Assembly (NCBI RefSeq): GCF_016433145.1
Contig: NC_058131.1
Coordinates: 180,846,964 to 180,910,963 of the forward strand
Direction: 5' to 3'
Origin: Gracilinanus agilis
Lineage: Eukaryota
Length of the DNA stretch: 64,000 nt
Position numbers and translations under genes: made by a program. Positions within the stretch are counted from its first letter, which is position 1. The number at the start of each line of letters is the position of its first letter. This document shows, one piece after another, positions 35,621-48,900 of this stretch. The notes beneath the pieces were generated by a model. The model had not been told where the DNA came from. It ran no database searches and saw only the letters and a list, made by a program, of their open reading frames with translations.

Positions 35621-37706
35621 TATATATATATATATGTGCACATATATGTATATATAATTCATCTTGGGTTATTTTCTATGGAAAAGTTGTTGAAATGCAT
35701 GCAGTTTTTTCATCATGGTGTTCAGTCTTTCTGCTGAATTAACAATAGCTAGCTAACATAAGTGGATGATAGGTACATTATTTGGCAAAGGCCCAGACTC
35801 CTACCCCCCATTTTCATTCCCCCACTAGAAGCTTTGTAGTTCGCCTATAAAATGACAAGAAATAGTCATCGGTCATGCATGAAATTAAATTATGTCTTGT
35901 AATTTTATCTTAACTTTTTTAGCACAATAATGCTTCAGAAATAGTTAAATGCTTAATGAATGTTTTTTATTCTTGAAATGAAAAAGATATGGCTTTTAGA
36001 GGCCCTATCTAACTGAAGCTTAGTCCCTCCTCCTTATAAAAAAAATTGAATCCAGAGAAAGAACTGTGGGAACAGAAACACAGAAGAAAAACTGCTTGAC
36101 CACGTGGTTCGGTGGGGATAGATTAGGGAATGCAGACTCTAAATGATCACCCTAGCGCAAATATCAATACTATGAACACATGTAAAACCCAGGGGAATTG
36201 TGCATTGGCTATGAGAGGGGGGTGGGAAAGAATATGAATCATGTAACTGTGGAAAATTTTTCTTAATCAATAAAATAAAAAAAATTGAGAATCAAATAGT
36301 AACTCCCTTCCCCCAAGTAAATAAAGGATTGGTGAACCTTATGGGAAAATACACTATAGTCCAATTTTTCCTTCTTTGTAACTTTAACATAGAGATGTTC
36401 TGTATTGTTTTTATTTTTTAATCTAAAAATGAAAGTGAACTATTTTTTGTATAGGGACAAATTCCTTCATTTCAGATCTAGCTATAATGAAAAGACAACT
36501 GATCTCAGCCCTGATACTAACCAACCTCTTTGGAACTCTTTTTCCTCATCTGTAAATTGAAGGAGGTAGATTAGATCTCCAAGGTCCCTTCCAAGGTCCC
36601 TTTAGATGACCTCAAATCTATGATATATGAACAATTTTATGTTGATTTTATCAAAATGATAAAAATACGGGTACTTGGAAAGTTTTTCATAGCTTTTGAA
36701 TTAACGAGTTTGTTAGAGAACTAAGATTATTTAGTATATTTCACCTAAGGACTGTCTTCAGAATTGAGCACCAGGGTAGCTTGGTTTGTTTTGGGACCAA
36801 ATCCTGGTTAGAGTTAAAATTCCTCATTTGAGTTTTATCCAGCTTGTCTGAGATTCTGACCTTTTTTGTGATCTTTCCCTTTCTCTTCCTCTCAATATAG
36901 AGCAGTGGGTCTGAGCAATGAAACACATACCACACCAAAGTCCAAAGTAAAGGAATTTTCTTACTATGTGGAAAAAAAGAATTTGCTTAGCTCTTATCTC
37001 ACATCTGTATTAGAACCAATAATGGGGACCAGCTAGGTGGCTCAATGGATTGAGAGCCAGGCTTACAGATGGGAGGGCCTGGGTTCAAATCTGGCCTCAG
37101 ACATTTCTTAGATGTGGGAACAGTATTGATTCCAAGACAGAAAGTAGGGGTGTAAGGGTTTTCTAAAGGTTCCTCCCTCCCTTCTTTTCTTTTCTTTCTT
37201 TTATTGCTATCTCTTTATTCCTTTCACCCTCTTCCATTGAAAAGAAAAAAAAAAGAAAAGCAAAATCCTTATAGCCAATACACAAAGTCAACAAAACAAA
37301 TTTCTACATTGTATCTGAAAATACTATTCTTGTTCTTTACCTTGAGTCCATTGCCTCTTTGTCAGGAAGTGGGAAGCATGTTTCATTATTGGTACTTTGC
37401 CATCTTGATTGGTTATTTGCATTAACTAAAGTTCTTAAGTATTTTAAAGTTGGTTTTTCTAACAGTGCTTTTGGTATGGTGTAAATTGTTCTCCTGGGTC
37501 TGTATTTACTTCACTTTGCATCAGTTCATACAAGTCTTCACAGGTTTTTCTGAACTTGCCTCTTTTGTCAGGACTTATGGTACAATAATATTCCATGTCA
37601 CTTATATAGCATAATTTGCTCAGCCATTCCTCAGTTGATGGATTTGGTTTATAATTCTTTGCCTTGATGAAAAGAACTGCTATGAATTTTTTTTTGTATA
37701 ATTGGG

Positions 37707-37870
37707 GCTTTTTTTTTTTAAAACCCTTACCTTCTGTATTGGTTCTAAGGCAGAAGAGTGGTAAGGGTAGGCAATGGGGGTCAAGTGACTTACCCAGGGT
37801 CACACAACTAGGAAGTGTCTGAGGTCAGATTTGAACCCAGGACCTCCTGTCTTTGGACCTGGTTCTCAAT
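37707..37870 (-). mobile_element. SINE1_Mdo-type SINE (older) within an L1 remnant; similar minus copies at 41761-41961, 45521-45701 and 62385-62582
   Basis: Reverse-complement match to the SINE body and tail. Confidence 0.85.
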
Positions 37871-40559
37871 GCACTGAGTCATCCAGCTGTAACTGGGACT
37901 TTTTCTTCCTTTGATCACTTTGAAGTGATCTAATTATCATATTGATGAATATGGAGTTTATTGACTTTTTGGGTATAGTTCCTAATTGCTTTCCAGAATG
38001 GTTGGACCAATTCAGAGCTACCAATTACAGTCTTCTGGAACAGTATTAGGTTTTATTCCTTTTCAAAACTAGTGAAAGGAATGTTGTTTTGTGGGGGCAT
38101 TGCTATTGTTCTAGCCTGTGGAGTACATCTTCTGGGCTAGGACACTGGGGAATGATCTGGACTTGTGAATTTAATGCCAGGAGAAATGGTCTGGACACAA
38201 AACTGAAGAAAAAGATCCTGCAGATGTGGAAGGGATGTTAGAGGTTATTCACTACAGCATCCTGTTGAAGGAAGCTGAGGCCCAGAGAATTGAGAAGTGC
38301 TAAGGAAGGATTGGAACCTAAGTACCAATTTAGTGTTCTATCCAAATGTTCTGATGGATATTTCATGTTCCTAGGCCTCCAATGGAGAATGGCAATGGGA
38401 ATGCTTTCTACCCACAAAGTCCTTATAAATGAATGGCCAACCAGGAACAGCAATTCTGTTCTGCAGACATTGTCTCCACTGTCTAGAAATTACTATACTG
38501 CTATGCCAGGTGCTAATGATGCAAAGATAAAGACAAAAGTCATCCCTGTCTTCAGGAACCAGAGCAGCTGCCAGAACATATACCTTCCTGTCCCGTTCTT
38601 GCCATAGACCACCCCGGCTCCCAGCTGCTCTCAAATGGCCGTCAAGGAAATACTATTTCTTGTTTTCTGGAGCCTTTATTTTGACTATTTCATTATCTTC
38701 TCATTGAACTTGCTAGTTTATTGAAAATGTACATGAACCTTACTCAAAGACTCAGTGTTAGTAGCTGTGTAACTTCAGTTTAGTTATGTCTCTGAGCCTC
38801 AGTTTCCATAAAATAGGGACAATAGTACTTGCCCCATCTACTTCATTGTATTGTGGGAGAATTACTTCGTAAACTTTTAAGTTGCTATAGAGATATGAGC
38901 TAACTATACTGCTGCAATAATTGTGTAGGGTTTATATTTGGAAACTTGCTTCTTGTAAGCTGGACTTAGATACAGCTCTCAGGGCACAAGGCTCCCTAAG
39001 ACATTAGAGGTCTAGTATGGGAAAAAGGGAAAAAAAGACATGATCTTAGAAAAACTTTGCCTTTCAAATATATTTCATATCTCTTCTGTATCGGTAAAAA
39101 GAAAAACCAAACCCTTAGGTTATTTCTTAGTAGGGTTACAAATGTTAGGAATATGAGGATAGCTAGATAATGGAGACTGCTCTCTGTTCTATAGAACCTG
39201 AAGGTGAGAAACCATAGTCGGAAATAGTAGATATTGAAAGGGGAAAAGGGGAAGCGAAGAGATCAGTCTCTTGTGATTTTTCTTGGATGTTGGCTCTAGA
39301 TTCCCACTGCTCTCTGTTGCCCTGGCTCTCCTCTTTCCTTCTATCTCCATATCCTCAGCACAGACCCTCCCAGGGAACCACCATCAGTGTCTTGGAGTTG
39401 GGGGGAGGCCCTCTTCCTTAGGCTGGCTAGTATGAAATGGGGGTGTCTGCTGTTAGGGCTGTGTTTTGGAATGCTGAATGTGTTTTCCCATCTTAACATT
39501 GGTGTCTTTGATTGTAGAGGAGTTTGGTTGCCCCCTCTCCAGTATTAGAATCCATGAAAACTTGACTTTGGGTGACTTGATTTCATTTAATATCAGTTAA
39601 TTTCAGTGGAAGGTTATAAATGGGCAGTGGCATCATGTCATTTATAGTGGAGTTTCACAATTTTCAGTGGCTGAGCTTTGCTGCTGGCACATCTGTAGGG
39701 TGTCAATAGAGGCACAGATGGGCAGGAGGAGTGACTGAGCAGTAGGACATCCATAAGGCATAAATTGTAGAATTCCCATCTGTAACTGGAAATGACCATC
39801 TGTATGATTGTTCAGTACTTGGCCTTAGTGTAAATTGGTCTTGCCATATCTGGCTCCAGTTGTTTAGGGATATTTCACAGTTCTATAAAATGAGGAGTTT
39901 GGCCTACATGATTGAAGTTCTTTTCAGCTTTTAATTTATGATCCTGTGATCTCTTGTTGGAAGATTTTGTGCTTTCCCTTTCCTCACAGCATTCTTCCTT
40001 TCTTCTATCCAGATTCCCTGCCCTCCCGGCCCCCTCTCCCCCCCCCCCCCCCCCATTGTATGGTTCTTGGTTTGACAGACCATTTGTAAGGCCTGCCAGG
40101 GTGGAAGGTTAGTGTTGTCCAACATTCCCTGATTAGTCTCAGTCCCACACTTGGTGGCCTTTGATTATAATATATTAATGATAATGTTTTAAAATGACAT
40201 TGGTCAGAGCATTATTATATGGGATATAACTAATCTTTCATGGATTATTTGGGTACTCTATCACTATGAGAAAATGTGTTCCAGATTCCAAACAACTGAA
40301 ATAAAAACTTCTAAAGCACAATCGTTTCATAAATTAGAAGGAATGAGAATGGAAAGAGGTACAGAGAGCAGATACAGGTCACTAGTTAACATTTCAAATA
40401 ATTGATCTCTCTTGTATTTTCATAGTCTTTCATTATCAAATATTCATTTCCTCCAGTTTCCTTACCAAGCAAACCATTCCTTGCAATAAAGAATAAAAGT
40501 AAAACAAGAACAAAAAGAAATTCAGCAAAACCAGCCAATACATCAACCTTGTTGACAGC

Positions 40560-41544
40560 TGTAAAAAGGAATTCTTTATTCCTTTTTTAATTTGACGGGA
40601 CCTGGAGGTCCTCTTACCATAGAGATGTGTAGGGATTAACCAGTGACAGGAAGTAGGGACTGGGGAGCTCCCTGCTGGGCCAGCATGAGTTGGGTGGTCT
40701 GTTAGTTGCTGTGAGTTTAGGGCTGGCAGTTGTAGGGAAGTTGGCTGCTGGGTGTCAGTTGGTTGTTGTGGGTTGGTTGCTGGTGGTGTGGGTTGGTGAT
40801 TAGTTGATGGTTGGTGTTTAGTTGCTAGAATATAAAGGTGGGCCTGAGCTTACTGAAAGGGCTTTTGGGCTTTAGCCTTTAGAGGGCTTTTTGCCTTTTG
40901 AGTTTTGGGCTTTTGGTTTGGGTTGTTAGTTTTTTCCCTCCCTTCCTTGAACTTTTTGAAAGGTGGCTGGTCTTTGTTGACAAACCTAATTGTAGTTGGA
41001 TTAAACACTGATTGGGTTGGAACTTTATGGGGTGATTGTTATTAGTTGTAGTTATAGGTAAATATAGGCAGTTTTAGAATGTAATTATAGGCAGTTATAG
41101 TTATAGGATGGCTACTTAGGTATTAGGAAATTTATTTCTCTACCTCTTTACTATATTTCCCTCCTTTACTATATTCTTTTACTATCTCTATTTTAATTAA
41201 ACTAAATTGTTAATTGTTAAAAGCTGCTAGAAGTTTTCTCTGGCTTAAAGGGATAATATTAATTTACAATCTACTATATTCTTTTTTTTTTTTTAAACCC
41301 TTGTACTTCGGTGTATTGTCTCATAGGTGGAAGATTGATAAGGGTGGGCAATGGGGGTCAAGTGACTTGCCCAGGGTCACACAGCTGGGAAGTGGCTGAG
41401 GCCGGGTTTGAACCTAGGACCTCCTGTCTCTAGGCCTGACTCTCTCCACTGAGCTACCCAGCTGCCCTACTATATTCTTATTAAAACTTAAATTATTAAA
41501 AGCTGCTCTCTTATTTTGTCAAAACCCCTATTTTAACCCTTACA
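40560..41544 (+). mobile_element. Solo LTR (~790 bp excluding the nested SINE)
   Basis: Ends TGTAA...TTACA. TATAAA at 40831-40836 and ATTAAA at 41196-41201. 3' end shared with the LTR at 44684. No clean TSD. Confidence 0.75.
41284..41466 (-). mobile_element. Young SINE1_Mdo-type SINE nested in a solo LTR
   Basis: TSD ctactatattctt (41271-41283 / 41467-41479). Confidence 0.95.
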
Positions 41545-42099
41545 GCATATACAATATTCCTTGCCTTTTGGTCAAGGCAACTCAGATTTTATTCATTGAA
41601 TAGTGTGCTCAATGTAACTATAAAGTAGGAAGACTTATCATACTTTGCTTAGAATTAGACTTTTATTTTGTGGTCTCTCCTTGCATAACTCCTGTTTCTG
41701 ATGATGACAGCATGATATAGTGAAGAAATACTAGCCTGAGAGGGAAGAGGTAGATATTAATTTTTTTAAACCCTTATCCTCTGTCTTAGAATCAGTACTA
41801 AGTATTGATTCTAAGGCAGAAGAGTAGTAAGGGCTAAGTCATGGAGGTTAAGTGACTTGCCCAGGGTCACCCAGCTAGGAAGTGTCTGAGGCCAGGTTTG
41901 AAGCTAGGGCCTCCTGTTTCTAGGCCTGGTACTCTTATCTGTTGAGCCACCTGGCTGCCCCTGGATTTTAGTCTTTGCTGTGCCATTAGTTGTGTGATCT
42001 CAGGCATATTACTTTCTTTCTTTGTTCTTCAGTTTCTTCATCTGTATAATAAGAGGAAGACAGGTGTCATAATTGTTAAACCCATAGAATCTCAATGTT

Positions 42100-42620
42100 A
42101 GAAGGGATTTCAGAGAGCATCTAGCCCTATCCATCTAGCATCTAGGAGCAAGCTGGAAATCTAGTTACAGAGCCGCTAGGAAGTGGTCATCTGACTTCTG
42201 CCTATCTCCTGAGACAGCCCATTCCATTTGAATAGTTCTTGTTGTTTGGCAGGTTTCCTTTGTATGGAGCTATAGTTTGCCTTTTTGTAACTTTCCATTT
42301 TTACCCAGTTTAGTCCATTAGCTGCTAAGCAAAATAAATATATTGCCTTTTCCATCCTTCAGATATTTGAAAATGTTTCTGATCCTTTCCCTGCCTCCCC
42401 ATTTTTTCAAAGGTAAGTATCCTTTATTCCTTTAACTGATCCTTATATGGCATGGTTTCAAGTCCCCTCATTATTCTATTCTTATCCTTGCCAGGATGTG
42501 CTCCAAATTGAGTTGCCCAGTCATGGACAAAGTATTCCAGATATGGTCTTAACAAGAATGAAGAGCAACATTCTTGTTTTGGAGACTGCTTCTCTTCAGT
42601 ATGGAATAAGGACACACCTT
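42100..42620 (-). mobile_element. CR1/L3 remnant; others at ~9720-9960, 20110-20410, 46630-47170, 50560-51110 and 57280-57700 (-), and ~47190-47380 and 47640-47830 (+)
   Basis: Motifs cccttcagatatttgaa...ggctaaacattcccagttc and acaagtattccagatatggtct. Confidence 0.65.
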
Positions 42621-44683
42621 TTCCCATCAGAAATCATCCCCCATGCTATTAGCCCCTTCTTTTTAGGAAGAACAAGGAAGGGAAGTGGCATTTGGTTACA
42701 ATTGAGGCAGGAAAATATTGGTAGAGGCATGGTAGCAAGGGTCACACTGACTAATCTGAATTTGTGAGGTTTAGAAGGAAGCAGCTAGAACATCCAAAGG
42801 CATAAAGAAAGAATCCTGAATAAATACTGAATCATCTGGCAGCTCTCCAGAAGTATGATAGTGTGACCTTCAATCCTGCATTGTTATTCCCTGGCCCTTC
42901 ATCCCCTCTGGGACACAGCATGAGTGAGTTTCTCTGACAACAGGATGAGGAAGTTAAAAATAACTCTGTTAGTTCATCAAGCTCTCTGTACAGCTCCCAC
43001 AGTTTCTGCTGGGGACACAGGGATGCCACAGTGAGGAAGCCTCCCTTTCAGAGGCACATTGGCCTGCTGGAAAAAAGGAGTGGAGTTGGGACTAGAAGGC
43101 CTGGGCTCAAGTCTCAGTTCCAATCCTTACTCCTTTCTGGGCCACTATTTCTTCATCTGTAAAATGGGAATCCTATATTTATACTTTGACACATAGGGTA
43201 TTGAGAATCAAATGCTGTTTTGTAAACTATAAAAGTGCTATGTAAACTACTCGACAGCAGGGATTATTCATTATGTCTTTGCATCCCCACCGCCTACCAT
43301 AGGTGCTTAATAATGCTAGCCTATTAAGTGATATAAATGTCAACTGGTTTTATTTTTGCTTCAGGGAGAAGGAACAGTTGAAGGAGCTTACCCAGCTTAG
43401 CAGTATTTTGACACAATCTCTGTGCTAGAATATTGAGAAGTTTTGCTATAATGACCTCCAACTCATGCCAGACTGATAAGGGACAATTTTTCTTTGCCTT
43501 AAGAAGCTCCCTGGGTTTTAGATATCTGTTCTGAGTGTGTAATCATTTGGCATCATTACAGTATTTCACTGACAGTTGCTAAATGTGTAGGGCTAAAAAA
43601 AACCATTATTTCCTGTGCCCCCCCCCATTAGTTCAGCTTTTTTCAAAAACATTGAGTTTTAAACTCATCATATTTCAACATGTAGAAGTTTGCTCTTCCT
43701 GCTGTATATAAATTGTGCAGCCCTGAGTTGTACTTTTGAGAATAATAAGAATTCAATACTTAGTCATTCTTAATATGCTAGAAATTATAGGACCTTCCAA
43801 GCTTTGTTAGTATGCTGTGTTCTAATGAACAAATGATAATATTTCTGACTGCCTGGGTTTTTTCATTCCCTTGGTGACATTTGACCTGATGTTCTTCCAT
43901 ACTCACCCTCTTGACAACCATTCGTTCTCTGACCATAGCTATCATCTCGATGCAGATCTGCATAGACTCATAGATTTGGAGCTGGAAAGGATCTTAGAAA
44001 TAATTAGTTTCAATTTCCATTTTTTAGAAAAAACTTACTATAGAAGTTGTTCTGGTTCTATTCACTTTACCGTGCATCAGTTCATATGAGTCTTCCCAAC
44101 TTTCTCTATCTCATTGTTCATTTCTTAGGACATAATAATATTCTATTATATTCCTATACTTTTATAGGATATAAATATGCATTATAGAATATAAATATAA
44201 TTTATAGAATATAATATACTATTCCACACTTTGTTTAACCCTGATGGGCACTATACTCCCTTAGTTTCTAGCTCTTTGCTTAACAAATGGAACTACTATA
44301 AATATATTTGTACATATGGATATTTTTCCTTTTTCTTTGATTTCTTGGGAGTATATGCTTGGTGTTGTTATCAGTGGGTCAAAGATAGTTTAACAACTTT
44401 TTGGGCATAGTTGCAAATTACTTTTTGGAGTGGTTTAACCAATTTACAATTCCACTAACATTTAGTGTACCTATTTTTTCCCTAACCCCTACAACAATTG
44501 TCATTTTTCTTTTTAATTATCTGATGAGCATGATGTGATGTGGAACATTAGAATTATTGTTATTTGCAGTTTTATTTTATTTTTTAAAATTTAATTTCCT
44601 CCCAATTACATGTAAAAACAGTTTCCAACATTCTTACAAAGCACTGAGGTGAGGTCTTGAAGAAGGCATAAAGACAAATGAGG

Positions 44684-45217
44684 TGTTAAAGGGATTTTCT
44701 TAATCTCTCTCCTCTGTCTCTTTACGAGGCAGGAAAGAGAGCAGAAGGATTTCTAAGTAGAAGGGAACTGACAGGATCTGTCTGTAAGAGAGAGCTAAAG
44801 ATTCTATTACCTAGGAGAGGAGGAAGATATATAAGGAAGAAATCAGTTGACAGGGGCTTTTGCCTCCGGATCCCTAGATGACAGTTGAAGGATAAAACCT
44901 TATTTAAGGAGGTCATGAGTGGTAGCTGTTTATTTATTAGTACAGGTAGGTAGTTAGTGAATCAAATTTAGGTAGAGTAGGTAGTTTAGGCCTGGTTTTC
45001 ACAGTCAGAAAAACCTGTCCTTGAAGACAGTTAGTGTAGGGTTTTTTAGAAATTTTAGTTAGGATTAGGAATTTAGGTATACTCATAACATATTAGAGTA
45101 TTAATCTTTCTTTCCTCCTTTCTATTTTCTATCTGTACTTCTTCTCAAATTAAACTAAGTGTTTTATGAAACTGCTCTCCTCACTTTTGTCAAACTCCTA
45201 CCAGATTAACCCTTACA
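44684..45217 (+). mobile_element. Solo LTR, 534 bp
   Basis: TG...CA ends with 4-bp TSD gagg (44680-44683 / 45218-45221). TATATAA at 44828-44834 and ATTAAA at 45149-45154. Confidence 0.85.
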
Positions 45218-45303
45218 GAGGCATTGTCATCTTTGCTGTTAAGGAATTTACTATCTAGTAGTCCAGATTCCTTAGTTGCTTTCTATTCCTATTGGTCCAT
45301 ATA

Positions 45304-45990
45304 CATGGTGTCCCAAAAGTCTTAAGTTTAAATCTTTTTTTTTTTTTTTTAAACCCTTGTACTTCGGTGTATTGTCTCATAGGTGGAAGATTGGTAAGGG
45401 TGGGCAATGGGGGTCAAGTGACTTGCCCAGGGTCACACAGCTGGGAAGTGGCTGAGGCCGGGTTTGAACCCAGGACCTCCTGTCTCTTTAAGTTTAAATC
45501 TTAAAACCATACTAGGACTTAAAAAACAAAACTTCCCTTCTGTCTTATTATCAATTCTAAGTCAGAAGAGTGGCAAGGCAATTGGGGTTAAATGACTTGC
45601 CCAGGTTCACACAGCTAGGAAGTATCTAAATCCAGATTTGAACCCAGATCCTCTAGATTCCACACCTGGTGCTTTGACCACTGTGCTATTTAGCTATCCC
45701 TCACACTAAGACTTTTTTTTTTTTCATTAAAAAATTTTTTTTTAATTCAGATACTTTATTTTCCCAATTAGATATAGTAATAATTTTCAACATAAGTTTT
45801 CTAAAATTATAAGCTCCAAACCATCTCCCTTCCCTCCCTCTACTCAGAGATGGTAGGCAATTTGAACAGGACCATACATGTATTATCTTATAAAACACAC
45901 TTCCATATTGGTCATTGCTATAAGAGCATGCTCATATAAAACCCAACCCCCTCCTCCCCCCAAACACCCTAAGACTTTTGAGACATTCAA
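45304..45990. mobile_element. Tc1/mariner-type mini-MITE (about 70 bp of its own sequence) interrupted by two SINEs and one L1 3' end
   Basis: Ends catggtgtcccaaaagtctta ... ctaagacttttgagacattca are imperfect inverted repeats, flanked by TA (45302-45303 and 45991-45992). Confidence 0.7.
45337..45487 (-). mobile_element. Young 5'-truncated SINE1_Mdo-type SINE
   Basis: TSD ttaagtttaaatctt (45322-45336 / 45488-45502). Confidence 0.93.
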
Positions 45991-48900
45991 TATATCTACT
46001 CAGCTCAATCACTCATGGCAGCACAGGTCATGCTGTCTTGCCCTGTGACTTTGTTCCTCCAACTCTCCACCTTCCCAGTCCAGTCCCACTTACTCTTCAC
46101 TGTCCAGACCTTGGATATCGGTGATCCTTCCCTTCTCTGCTTTGCTGTGGTATTTTATAGTCTGCTCTGTATATATACATTTTGCATTGGAATAACAATC
46201 TAGTCTACTTATTGTTTCAATTTGTTAGTTTTCTTTTTCTGATTAGTTTAGTGAGCCTGTTGAGGAAAGGAACAAGACCATGTCCCGCTTTCAGATTCTG
46301 CACAGAGTCTATTGTGTGGTAGGGTATGTAGTGTATGTAATTTATTTGAACCGTTTTCTGTCCTGGTCAGACCTCATCAGGAGTCCTGGAAATCTTGGCA
46401 TTATGGACTCCTGGGATGGTGCGTCCAGACCTGAGGCCCTGGGCAGTGACACGACTTGTTTCCTAACCTCAGAGGTGGTATTTGAATGCAGGCCTGATTT
46501 CATAGCCATTGCTTCTGGCATTTTGCCACTCAACCTTATAAAATATCAGATGTGGAAAGTCTCTCAGAAAGTCCCTCCCTACGAGGGACAAAAATTCCTT
46601 CTGCATTATGCCATGCGCTTCAACTGCTAGCTTTGGCCAGATAGGAGATCTTCAATGAGGGAACACATTTCCTTGGGCAACCTGTTCCACAGTTAGACAA
46701 CTCTTATCCTTAGGAAGTTTATTACTTACAGAAAGACCAAATGTGCCTTTTTGCAATGTTCTGTGACTACGTCTAATACTTTTTCAAATGATAGCCCTTT
46801 GAATACTTGAAAACCTATTATGCCCCTTCCCTTCCTATCTGCTTTTTTTTTTTTTAGGCCAAACACCCTCAATTTCTTCAACCAACTCTCATCTGGCATG
46901 AACTTAAGACCCCTTCTCTATACTATCCCAGTTATCTCTCCAGATGTTCTTCCTAAAAATGGGATACTTAGAATTGAACATAATATTCTAGATGCTGTCT
47001 GAAAGGTCAGAGTACAGTGGAACTAATATTACTCTAGTCCTGGACACCATGGCTCTCAGGATGGCCTTTAAAAAAATATTCACATTTTTGAATGACATAT
47101 CACTATTGTCTCGTTGAGCTTTCAATATAGCTAACTCCCCAGATTCTTTTCAGATGTACTAAACTTCTTCCATAGCATAGGACACACCTACAAACTATCT
47201 GGAGCCTGTTCAGAGGAGCCTGGGATGAGGACACTAAAAGCTCAGCTAAAGGAACTAAGATTATTTAGCCTGGAAAGGAGAAGACTTAAGGGGCATAGCA
47301 TAGAAGGACTGTCGTGTGATGGAAGAATTAAACTTGTTTTTCTTGCCTGAAGAGAGGTGACCTTAGGAGCAAGAGGTGGAAATTCTTGTTTTCCCACTTA
47401 TTAGTTGTGTGATGCAGGGCAAGTGACTACGTTCCTTGAGCTAGTCGTCTTATCCTGTAAAGTTTGTTTAAAATCTCTCCTGCCTACTTCCCAGGGTTTT
47501 GAAGATCAATTGCAATAATCTGAAAGTAACTAGATTATAGACTACTAATGCTAATTATTATAATTTTCTTCATTTTATAGGGTGAAGACATCAGATCAGA
47601 GACATTGTCCGATTTGCCCAGGGTCACACAGCTAGTAAGTTTTGAAGAGATGCTGTTGACAATTCAATGTAAAGAAAAACTTCCCATTAATTAAAAGTCT
47701 TCAAAAGTGGAATGGTCTGCTTTGGTGGTGGAAGATCCCTTACCACTTGAGATTTTCAAGAAGAGGCTGGATGATTACTTTGGGGGGGTTGTTGCAGAGG
47801 GGGATTCCTGTTCAGGTATGAGTTGGACTTAGCTGAATTCTAAAATCCCTCCCAGGTTTGTGCTTTGTTTAACCCTTCAAGGTACTGTCACATGTTGTCT
47901 AACCTACCTTAATGATAAGGAAGCATTACATCCCCATTTCCAATATGCAGGCTGAGAGGGGTCTAGTGACATTCAGCTGACTCTGCAAGAAGTGAAGGCA
48001 AAGAGCAGTTGGAGTTGGGGGCAGGGTCAGCAAGAGGAGTCCTGGCTAAAGCTAATCTCATTATGCTATAAAAGTGTCAGCCCTGACAATGGTGAAAGGC
48101 AAGTCTGTGAAGGAATTATTCTCTCTTTTGCAGGAGTGACTTAGGCACTTTCGTTCTCTTTTCTACTACCAGGGGGTGGATAAAGTCATTTTGCAGAATG
48201 AAAAGTTTCTGTGGTAGTGCTCATTTTTACAAATTGAGTTTCCAAGCACAAGTTTGCAGAGGAGCCCTTCTCTAGCCTACTATCTCTCAAAATACCTTCC
48301 CCAACTCCCTCCTGCTTTTGCAAGGCTGCCTAGACAGGAGCCATATCTCATTCTTACTCAGAATCTTACAAAGCAAACCATACTAGGTGCAATGAGCTCT
48401 TTAACATCTAGACTTGACTCTAAATTTAATAGTGGTTTCTCCTTTTAATTTTTTGTATGGTGCTGATAGAATATTTTGGGAGTAGGGGATTGGGAATCAT
48501 CGTGCATCTGTTTACTTCCCAGGGTCATGATATATTTGTATCTGCTGGTTATCTGGCATGCTAGGGAAAAAGGCAAACATCAGGCAGCAGGACTCTGGAA
48601 CTGAGGCAATGTTTTCAGTGACGAAGGGTTCACTTGCAGCCTGGTTAGTGCAGCAAACAATAGATTTTCCTGTTACAGACTTTGCTGTGTAATCTAGCAT
48701 AAGGAATTTGACCTACTATTATCTGTGCCTATTCAGTTCATCAAGTATTTATTGAGTTCCTGCTGTTGTAAGCACTATGGTGGGTAGGGAAGAATTCTAG
48801 CATATGGGTCGATTCTGGAACTTGAAGTTTGATTGGAGACATGAAATGATTGCTAAACAATATGAGTGCACATAGAATGAAATGGAGGCAGCTGGATTTG

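Noticed and set aside
40020-40055. Poly-C tract (G-quadruplex potential on the minus strand); also 21242-21257
   Set aside because: Simple homopolymer runs with no supporting context.
46280-46630. 116-aa ORF in a mildly CpG-enriched patch
   Set aside because: No recognisable homology. Overlaps MIR- and CR1-like fragments.
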